The position numbers and the translations under genes were made by a program. Below, one piece after another: positions 9,140 to 16,919 of a stretch of 28,443 nt of DNA. The notes below the pieces were generated by a model, which was not told where the DNA came from, searched no databases, and saw only the letters and a list, made by a program, of their open reading frames with translations. Origin of the DNA: Spirochaetia bacterium. Lineage in GTDB: Bacteria > Spirochaetota > Leptospiria > Leptospirales > Leptonemataceae. The stretch is taken from positions 1 through 28,443 of the forward strand of contig JAOUOA010000001.1 in the NCBI GenBank assembly GCA_029880625.1, given 5' to 3'. Each line of letters begins with the position of its first letter. The first letter of the stretch is position 1.

Positions 9140-12100
9140 TATGCTTTTCGTTTCAAGCCTGCCATGAGTCGGAAAAATTTCAATTCAATTGCGTAAAAAA
9201 AGAAGGCGAATACAGCCGGAGAAAACAGCGTTGAAAAAAATATTCCTCCTGTAACCGCAGAGGCGAGAGATTTTTGGGGCGATGTGTTTTCGTCCAGAGA
9301 AACAAGAAGAGGGATCATGCCTGCCAGTGTTGTCATGCCTGTCAAAAGAATGGGACGGATTCTTTCTCTGACTGCGGAATAAATGCATTGTTTCAGAATT
9401 TTTCCGTATTGATCAATGCACTGAACGGCCTGTACATCTTGTTTTTCCAGGTTCTGTTTTATGCGTTCATATAAAATAATTGAAATATTAACGCTGATTC
9501 CGGAAAGCAGGATCAGGCCAGTTGCAGATGAAAGGTTAATTCCGTTTCCGGTTAGAATCAGGAATAGAAATGCGCCAGGTAAAAAAGCGATTGAAGATAT
9601 GACAGCTGATAGAGGATGAATGAGAGATTCGAACTGTGCGGCGAGAATCTGATAAATAAGAATCAGAGAGAGAAGAAGAGAAAAACCCAAACTGGAAATT
9701 GAAAGTAAAGTTTCACTGTTTTCTTTTAGGAGCTTTACAGATATTGGATTGATCTTTGACTGATTATTTTGGTTGTCAACAATGCTGCGAATCTTTTTAA
9801 GCGAGTCACCGAAGCGCCCCTCATCTGCTGTCTCAAATGATATATATTCAAGAAGTTTCTGGTTCTCGCGGTACAGACCTGAAAACGCATTTCCCTGTTT
9901 GACCTCAATCAGATCACGCAGAGGAACAGAAATTCCGTTTCGGTTCTGCACCAACAGTTCCCGGATCTGTTCCGGTTTGTTTCTGTCCTCGTTTTTCAGT
10001 CTCACGCGAATATCGATTTCCCTTTCCTGTTGCTTGAATTTTGATGCAACAGTTCCTGCAAATGCTTTATGAATCAGACTGCCGATATCTGAAGGGTACA
10101 GACTGAAATGCATGAGCTTTTCTTTATGGAAGGAGACTTGAATTTCAGGATCTTTCGATAAGACAGAGGAGCGGATTGAAACGATCCCCGGCTGTCTTTT
10201 TATATTTCTCAGAAGTTCTTCTGTTTTTTTTCTTGCCGCTTCTCTGTTGTTGCATTCAATTAAAATTCGGTACCTACGATCCGACTCTCCGATTAAATTC
10301 TGAAGTTCGTCTTTTTTAATCTGGAAAGATTTTTTTATTCCCCGGAATGAAGAAACAGCGGCGGAAACCTGACGTATGAATTCCCGGGAGGATACAATAT
10401 CCGTATTAACAAAAAAGACTGTCCTCGAAATATTTTTTCTTTTTGCATCCTGGATCAGAGATTCCGCGCTTTCAGCGTCATATCCAATTTTTGTAATGCT
10501 TTTTTGAATCAGTCCTCTGGAAATTAGCAATCGGTTCAGATCTCTGTGAAACGATTCGGATTCTATCAGCGGCGCTCCATCAGGAAGTTCAAATTCCGAA
10601 ATGAGAATTCCCGTATCCTGTTCCTGAAACAGCGAAATCTTAAGAAACGGAAACATCAGTATGCTTGCTGAAGCTAAAAGAAGATACAGAAGCGGAATGA
10701 ATCTTTTATGTTTAAAGGAAAAAGCCAGAAGTTTTGCATAAAAGTGATCTGCATAAAAGATCAATGATTCTGCAGCGCCGCATGCAGATTGAAACAATCT
10801 GAATTTTTTCATAAAGGGAAACTTCAGCCATGGCAGTTCTAAACAGGCAAGAACGGGAATTAAAGTCTGCGATGAAAAGAGGGAAACTGCAAGTGCAAAA
10901 CTGACTGTCAGTGCAAGGTCTTTAAAAATAACACCGGGAAGTCCCGGCAGAAAAATAACAGGCAGAAAAATAACAGCAGAAGTCAGGGCAGACCCGGTTA
11001 GCGAATGAGAAACTCCTGATACTGCCCGGTTGATATTCTGAATTTTATTTTTATTCGGATGAAGACTGATTTCACGGAAAATGGATTCAAGAGTTACGAT
11101 CGCGCTGTCAACAAGCATTCCGGTTCCAAGGGCAAGCCCCCCCAGGCTCATGATATTAATAGAAATTCCCGAGACATGCATGAAAAAAAAGGTGATGATA
11201 ACAGAAACAGGTATGGAAATTGCGATAATAAAGGATGATTGTATATTTTTTAAAAATATGAGTAAAATAAAAAAAGAAAAAAAAGCACCCAGCACAGCTG
11301 AATTTCTAACGGAGTCAATGGAATGACGCACCGGCACCGATGCGTCATTGATGATGCTGAATTTTATGGATTGAAATTCCTGCTGAATCTGATGCAGGGA
11401 TCTGCTTACGTTGTCAGCTGTCCTGATCAGATTTTTTCCGGGGTCATTTCTTATTCCGATTAAGACCGCAGGCTCTCCATTGAGAAGCGTGCTCGACGTT
11501 CTTTCTTTCAAGCCGTCAATGATTTCTGCGATCTGATTTACAAAAACCGGACTTCCGTCTGTACCATATCCGGCCGGTATATTTCCAATATCGCTGATGG
11601 ATTTGAAATTTCCTGAAAATCTTACAGAATGCTCATAAATCCCGTTTTCTATGTTTCCTGCCGGATAGTCGAAATTAGCAGACGCCAGAGCATTTGAAAC
11701 CTGATCTATGCTGATTTTATTTTCCTGCATTTTCTGCAGATCCAGATTTACGCTGATTTCTCTTTGAGTTCCGCCAGAAAGAAAAATGCCTGCAGCACCG
11801 TCGATTCGCTCAAATAAAGGAATTACATTTTTTTCAAGATCATCTCTGAGATTATTATATTCACCTTGAACGGATTCTGCTGAAATCAGTACTGCAGGCT
11901 CGGCGGCAGGGTCATACCGGATAATAACGGATTTTTGCGCTTCTTCAGGGAGGGTATATTTAATTCTGTCGAGTTTCTGGCGAAGCTGAATGATGCTCAG
12001 ATCAGGTGAACTATTCCAGTCCAGCTGAATTTCAATGGAAGAGAAGCCTTCTTCAGACCGTGAGCGAATCTTTTGCACTCCCTGAACAGAGCTGACAGCA

Positions 12101-12297
12101 TATTCAACTGGTTTTGTAATTAAATTTTCAATTTCATCCGGGGGTGCGTCAGCCATCATTGTGATTACTGTAAGCCGGGGAAAAATAATTTCAGGAAACA
12201 GTGAAATTTCAAGTTTCGTCAGAGATATTCCTCCGAGCAGGATGAGAAATCCGAAAAGCATAAGAGTTGCGATGGGTCTTTTTATAAAAATAAGCAT
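9139..12297 (-). CDS. AcrB/AcrD/AcrF-family RND permease (first of pair)
   Basis: 1052 aa. KRPIAT start, LFPEIIFP, EIENLITKPVE, TM4 GMLVDSAIVTLE, RERIRPILLTGMTT, LASAVTGG. Confidence 0.95.
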   Translation of the reverse strand: MLIFIKRPIATLMLFGFLILLGGISLTKLEISLFPEIIFPRLTVITMMADAPPDEIENLITKPVEYAVSSVQGVQKIRSRSEEGFSSIEIQLDWNSSPDLSIIQLRQKLDRIKYTLPEEAQKSVIIRYDPAAEPAVLISAESVQGEYNNLRDDLEKNVIPLFERIDGAAGIFLSGGTQREISVNLDLQKMQENKISIDQVSNALASANFDYPAGNIENGIYEHSVRFSGNFKSISDIGNIPAGYGTDGSPVFVNQIAEIIDGLKERTSSTLLNGEPAVLIGIRNDPGKNLIRTADNVSRSLHQIQQEFQSIKFSIINDASVPVRHSIDSVRNSAVLGAFFSFFILLIFLKNIQSSFIIAISIPVSVIITFFFMHVSGISINIMSLGGLALGTGMLVDSAIVTLESIFREISLHPNKNKIQNINRAVSGVSHSLTGSALTSAVIFLPVIFLPGLPGVIFKDLALTVSFALAVSLFSSQTLIPVLACLELPWLKFPFMKKFRLFQSACGAAESLIFYADHFYAKLLAFSFKHKRFIPLLYLLLASASILMFPFLKISLFQEQDTGILISEFELPDGAPLIESESFHRDLNRLLISRGLIQKSITKIGYDAESAESLIQDAKRKNISRTVFFVNTDIVSSREFIRQVSAAVSSFRGIKKSFQIKKDELQNLIGESDRRYRILIECNNREAARKKTEELLRNIKRQPGIVSIRSSVLSKDPEIQVSFHKEKLMHFSLYPSDIGSLIHKAFAGTVASKFKQQEREIDIRVRLKNEDRNKPEQIRELLVQNRNGISVPLRDLIEVKQGNAFSGLYRENQKLLEYISFETADEGRFGDSLKKIRSIVDNQNNQSKINPISVKLLKENSETLLSISSLGFSLLLSLILIYQILAAQFESLIHPLSAVISSIAFLPGAFLFLILTGNGINLSSATGLILLSGISVNISIILYERIKQNLEKQDVQAVQCIDQYGKILKQCIYSAVRERIRPILLTGMTTLAGMIPLLVSLDENTSPQKSLASAVTGGIFFSTLFSPAVFAFFFYAIELKFFRLMAGLKRKA

Positions 12298-12300
12298 GGG

Positions 12301-13800
12301 TTAAAAAGTAAAGATCAGGTTGAAATCCTGTTCCATGTAGTTATGACTGCTGTCCTGGACTCCGTCCCGTCCTCCGCGAATTCTGAATCTGTGCACAGGA
12401 GTGGATTCATTTCCGGAAATGACAGGGGCATTGAAGCGAACTCTAACGGTTTCTCCTGTTTCCGAAACGATAATGTCCTGAATTGTGAAATTATTATTCC
12501 AGGTGTCGATGATGGACTCAAATGAAGTGACAGGAGGTAGAAAAGAATTCCGGAGCATCGGTTTTGAGAACTGAATTGTCAGTTCTAATACGCAGTTTTG
12601 ACCAGAAGAAGGATCCATGTCAAAAAATTGTGAAAGATCCAGGACACTGTAGTTTTCAAGAGGCGAGTTAGGCGTGAATGCAGAAGAGGGCGTAATACCG
12701 CTGCAGTCATTTGCTGATGCCTTGAAAGAGGACTGTGTTTGCATGATGTCAACGACGTAAGGAGGAGACGAATCGTCTGCATTTGTAATTAAACCGTATG
12801 ATTCTGTATTTAAAATCGGATTGAATGAAGCATCTTTTGCATTCTGATCAATTAAGACCGTATAATACGTATTTGAAAGAAGCGGTTCATTGAAATTAAC
12901 CTGCAGAATGTTATTTTGTACCCAGACTGAGCTAAAGGGAGAAGGCGGGAAAAGTTTGATGCCTTTTTCTGAGGAAGGGTCCATGGCTTCTGAAAATTCA
13001 ATGAAAAGAGGCGAGTTCTTGCTGCAGTCAGGAAGAAACAAACCTTCATTCAATACATTTTTTCCTGATCGAACGGAGATGATTTCCGGTGGATAAAAGT
13101 CAGAACCGACGGTAAATACAATCGATCTACTGTTCCGGAGTGAGTTCCCTGATAGATCTTTCAGATGACTGTTGATATGGATTGTGTATTGTCCGGGCTT
13201 CAGATCGTATACGGGACGGATGAGGATCCGGTTTTTCTGAGAATCCAATACAGTAAAAAGAAAGGACGGGGTTATTTTAATTCCTTCAAATATTGTCGAA
13301 CGGTTAATGGCTTCTGAAAATTCAAGCGAAAGATCGATGCCGGGAGATACACCTGTTTGGCTGTCAGAGGGCGATGATGATATGAGCGAAGGGCCCATGA
13401 TGTCTGTAACCGTGTGAAAATAAAAGGTGAAATCTGATTTTATGTTTACGCCTTCGTTTGATTCTGCTGAGCGCTGAATCACTGACGTATAACGGCCTGG
13501 AAGTTTTAGCTGTGATGAAGGAGTGAAAATCATTAGATTCCCCTGCCACAGGAAGTTTCCGGAAATCCTTCCTTCCGGTCCCGAAAGCAGAAGTGCTGAT
13601 TGAGTTTTTTCTTTATCCATCGGCTGGCTAAACTGAATTTTGATTTCGCTCTTTGTGGGGACCCCCATTGCTGAATTTTCCGGGTATGTTAAAATAACTT
13701 CAGGGATTCTTGCGCTTTCAGGAAGAAAAAAAAATTCAGCTTCTTTTCCTGAGCAATTTTGATAAAGGAATATCAGGGCTAATACAGTAAGAAATTTCAT
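12301..13800 (-). CDS. lipoprotein with four tandem Ig-like (Big_5/SbsA-type) domains
   Basis: Spirochete-type lipobox LYQN-C16. Four repeats with the core I.FS..M (QFSQPMD, EFSEAIN, EFSEAMD, QFSKPML) and D..GN-type ends. Confidence 0.85.
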   Translation of the reverse strand: MKFLTVLALIFLYQNCSGKEAEFFFLPESARIPEVILTYPENSAMGVPTKSEIKIQFSQPMDKEKTQSALLLSGPEGRISGNFLWQGNLMIFTPSSQLKLPGRYTSVIQRSAESNEGVNIKSDFTFYFHTVTDIMGPSLISSSPSDSQTGVSPGIDLSLEFSEAINRSTIFEGIKITPSFLFTVLDSQKNRILIRPVYDLKPGQYTIHINSHLKDLSGNSLRNSRSIVFTVGSDFYPPEIISVRSGKNVLNEGLFLPDCSKNSPLFIEFSEAMDPSSEKGIKLFPPSPFSSVWVQNNILQVNFNEPLLSNTYYTVLIDQNAKDASFNPILNTESYGLITNADDSSPPYVVDIMQTQSSFKASANDCSGITPSSAFTPNSPLENYSVLDLSQFFDMDPSSGQNCVLELTIQFSKPMLRNSFLPPVTSFESIIDTWNNNFTIQDIIVSETGETVRVRFNAPVISGNESTPVHRFRIRGGRDGVQDSSHNYMEQDFNLIFTF

Positions 13801-13803
13801 AAT

Positions 13804-15297
13804 TTAATTTACCGTGATAAAAATGATTGGGTTTTGCTGCATCCATACAGGGCTTTCCTGAAGGTTGTAAGAAGAGAGAATTCCATTCCTGCCTCCGATA
13901 AATTCCAGTGCATATTCATCAGCGGGCGAAAGGCCTGAAATACTGATCAAAACGGTTGTGTCCGGAAATCCCTTGAATGTTCCCGGGAGAATGGATGTGA
14001 AAAATGCATGGGGTCCTTCGGGAAGTCGATCAATCTTTCTGTTTAAATTTATATTAGATGGGATGCTTCCTGCATCAACAGTATGAGAAAAGTGAACCAG
14101 AATTTCCAGGTTCCCGTTGTCGGTTGAAACAGGATTTGAGGGCTGCGAAAAGTCTGACGAAAGAGTAATAGTTTCAGAAAGAGGGTAAATGGATTCTGCA
14201 GAAAGAATTTTAAGGTAATCGGGATTTGTCTGAAAAGGAAGAATGTAATCTTTTTCTAAATGGAGTCCGGATAGATCCCGGGCGCATGTTGATACGAATA
14301 GTTCATATTTACTTTCCGGTGAAAGAGGAATTTCAGGAGTGAAGGTCAGCGTCTGAAAAAGGCTGTCCCAGAATAATATCCCCTTTACGGAACTGCGGCT
14401 ATCTGACTGGATCATTTCAGTACAGGAAGGTACGGAGCTGTAATCCATTTTTTCGCTGAATTTGATCAGAAAGGAAGCATTTCTGGAGACGGTACTTCCT
14501 GCTTCAAGAGCAGCTGGATTCCCTTGAACATGCAGGGAAGATATAAAAGGAGGAGTAAAATCCGTTCCTGTTTGAAATGTCAGATTAAAATTTTTCTGCA
14601 AGAAAATTCCCTGATGATCTTCTGCTTCAGTTGAAATTCTTACATTATACATTACAGCATGATCAAAAGGTAGATTCGGTTGAAACGTAAGAACGGTGAA
14701 ATCTCCGTTCCATAGAAATGTTCCGTCTTTATGAGGCGAAAGATTAAATGATTTTTGAACTGCATTTGGATTCATCGGCTTGGTGAAAATCACCTGGATT
14801 TCAGAATCAAGATCGATATCAGTTTCGCTTCCAGCAGGGAAGGATGATATAATTTCGGGAAAATCAGAAGAAGATCCTGAAGTGAAATGTACAATGTATT
14901 CTTTTTCCATTTTAATTCCTTTCGCAGATGATGCATTTCCGTTCAGATTCAGGATATAGGAACCTCCCGGTACAGGCGGTTCTTTCAATTCATAAATCAG
15001 TTTTGCAGATTCCCAGCGAAATATGCCCTCGGGCTGGCCCGGACCGGTCAGAGTAAAGGAGCTTTCAACACTCTTATGATCCATATCTCTGTCAAAAAGG
15101 ATACTGATAGAAGTGCCTTCAGGAAGAATTTTGACTGCAGGATCAGGGACACTTTTAAGGATCACCGGAGGATTTTCAGGAATCATCAAATAAAGGAATG
15201 ACTCGGGAAAATAATTTTTGCCGCCGCACGCTGAATGAAGCATTATAAATGTAAAGATTGTGCTGAAAAACGCGGATGACTCTGGAATCCATTTCAT
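13804..15297 (-). CDS. lipoprotein with three clear and one divergent Ig-like (Big_5/SbsA-type) domains
   Basis: Lipobox LHSA-C24. Repeat cores LFDRDMD, IFTKPMN, KFSEKMD and HFSHTVD, with G...W and A.D..G elements. ATGA overlap with the upstream adaptor gene. Confidence 0.85.
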   Translation of the reverse strand: MKWIPESSAFFSTIFTFIMLHSACGGKNYFPESFLYLMIPENPPVILKSVPDPAVKILPEGTSISILFDRDMDHKSVESSFTLTGPGQPEGIFRWESAKLIYELKEPPVPGGSYILNLNGNASSAKGIKMEKEYIVHFTSGSSSDFPEIISSFPAGSETDIDLDSEIQVIFTKPMNPNAVQKSFNLSPHKDGTFLWNGDFTVLTFQPNLPFDHAVMYNVRISTEAEDHQGIFLQKNFNLTFQTGTDFTPPFISSLHVQGNPAALEAGSTVSRNASFLIKFSEKMDYSSVPSCTEMIQSDSRSSVKGILFWDSLFQTLTFTPEIPLSPESKYELFVSTCARDLSGLHLEKDYILPFQTNPDYLKILSAESIYPLSETITLSSDFSQPSNPVSTDNGNLEILVHFSHTVDAGSIPSNINLNRKIDRLPEGPHAFFTSILPGTFKGFPDTTVLISISGLSPADEYALEFIGGRNGILSSYNLQESPVWMQQNPIIFITVN

Positions 15298-16904
15298 CTG
15301 TCTTTTTTCTCCTGCTTTAAGATTTGTGTTTCTGATTTTCTGCTTTTTATTGCAATCTTGCTTCCATCTTTAATAATGAGAAGTCGGTCTGTAATGATTT
15401 GATCGCCTTCGGAAAGACCAGATAGAATTTCTATTTCATTGCCAAACGTCTCGCCTGTAACAACAGGAACTTCAATTGCAGTTCTATTTTTTACAGAAAA
15501 AACAAATCGGCGGCGATTTTTTGATTCGTCTTCTTTCGCGATTACGAAATTTTCAGGAACTGCAAGAGCATTCTTTTTCTCTCGTATCAGCAGGCGGCAT
15601 CTTGCAAACATCCCTGGAATAATTTTTCCTTCCGGGTTCTCAATTAAAATTCCAATTTCAGACATGCGAGAAGATGGATCGATCAAAGGCGCAATTCTGC
15701 TGACCGCTCCTTTGATTATGCCTGATTTATTATTTCCAATCTCGCATTCTGCATCCTGTCTTAATTTTATATTTTCGAATTCTGATTCTGCAATTTGTAC
15801 TGAAACGATGTATCTGCGATTGTTAAATACTGAAAAAACCGGATCGCCTCTTGATACTTCCTCGCCTGCGCTTGCCTTGCGATCTGCGATGATTCCGTCA
15901 ATTGGTGAACGGATTTTACTTTCTTTTAGATAGAGTCCGGCATGTTTTACTTCAAGGAGAGCATTTTTATAGGCTGCCCGTGCCGCATCAATTCCACTTT
16001 TTTCAATTTCTGAATTTGATTCAATTAATGCTTCAATACGATTCTGTTTCTTGAGGGAATCGGATAGGTCCTTGTTTCTGAAACCAACAGAAGAAATTTG
16101 AAGCTGTTTTTTGGTCTGATAAAACTTTCCGGATGTGCTGATATACTCCGTTCTTGCCCTGATCAGTTCATGCCGGGAGATTCCGCCGATTTTATACAGT
16201 TCCATTTTATTTCTGTATTCATTTTTTGATCTGATGAAATCTGAATGGGCTGTAATGATTTCTGATCGAAGTTTGTCCAGACCTTTGATTTCTTTTTCCG
16301 CATTTTTTCTGGAACGCGAATAACGAGCTCTGGACTGCGCAAGAGCTGATCGTGCAGAACTTAAATTGCTTTTTGCTTTTTCCATACTGATTATTAAATC
16401 AAAGGTTTCAAGTTCGCATAAAATATCGCCCCTCTTTACTGTGTCGCCTTTTTCGAAAAAAGTTTCTGAGATGCGCCCCTGAATTTTTGAAGACACAACA
16501 GCCTTCTCCATGATTCTCACAGTACCTGGCCTTTTGATTTCATGTCTGAGATTCTTCTTTTTTAAGACCAGAGTATTGACTGTCGGAATCATGGCTTTTT
16601 GATCGGCGGCCTGCGGCCTTTCTTTGAAAAGCTTCAGAGATTGTATGAAAAGGATTATGATAAAACTGAGGATTAGAATTCTTATTGCAACAGAATGTTT
16701 TGTTGTTTTATCTGGATTAGCGCATCCTAACCATTTGAATGAATTATGGAAATATTTAGAAAAACATTTTATTTTTTGAGTGTGGGCTGTAACGTGCATA
16801 ATCAGAATTTGAATTGATGAAATAAACTCTTGGGAAATATTTACCTGTTTCTTGCAATCGGATGGTTTTGCTGAACCTTTTTTTCTTTTTGGTTTGTTTT
16901 TCAT
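15294..16904 (-). CDS. efflux RND periplasmic adaptor subunit (membrane fusion protein)
   Basis: TM anchor at about aa73-90, split lipoyl halves (SSKIQGRI..EKGDTVKRGD and IRSPIDGII..AGEEV..GD), PGMFARC and VVTGETFGNEIEILSGLSEGDQII. The start codon is uncertain (an alternative Met is at aa36). Confidence 0.9.
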   Translation of the reverse strand: MKNKPKRKKGSAKPSDCKKQVNISQEFISSIQILIMHVTAHTQKIKCFSKYFHNSFKWLGCANPDKTTKHSVAIRILILSFIIILFIQSLKLFKERPQAADQKAMIPTVNTLVLKKKNLRHEIKRPGTVRIMEKAVVSSKIQGRISETFFEKGDTVKRGDILCELETFDLIISMEKAKSNLSSARSALAQSRARYSRSRKNAEKEIKGLDKLRSEIITAHSDFIRSKNEYRNKMELYKIGGISRHELIRARTEYISTSGKFYQTKKQLQISSVGFRNKDLSDSLKKQNRIEALIESNSEIEKSGIDAARAAYKNALLEVKHAGLYLKESKIRSPIDGIIADRKASAGEEVSRGDPVFSVFNNRRYIVSVQIAESEFENIKLRQDAECEIGNNKSGIIKGAVSRIAPLIDPSSRMSEIGILIENPEGKIIPGMFARCRLLIREKKNALAVPENFVIAKEDESKNRRRFVFSVKNRTAIEVPVVTGETFGNEIEILSGLSEGDQIITDRLLIIKDGSKIAIKSRKSETQILKQEKKDR

Positions 16905-16919
16905 CGTATGCGCAGGAAT

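Noticed and set aside
10946-10975. Exact 15-bp tandem repeat GGCAGAAAAATAACA x2 in RND1 (encodes VIFLP twice)
   Set aside because: It falls on the normal TM5 V-F-x-P segment with no apparent length change relative to RND consensus; at most a local duplication with no evident function.
13726-13734. A9 tract near the 5' end of Ig lipoprotein 2 as a phase-variation site
   Set aside because: A8-type runs also occur in housekeeping genes here (e.g. smc at 22322-22329), the frame is intact, and there is no evidence of slippage without read data.
6035-16904. Reading the pump as a CusCBA/CzcCBA heavy-metal exporter
   Set aside because: There are no Met-rich or His-rich metal-binding motifs in the RNDs, no TM10 Glu as in CusA, and no CusF-like or metal-sensor genes.
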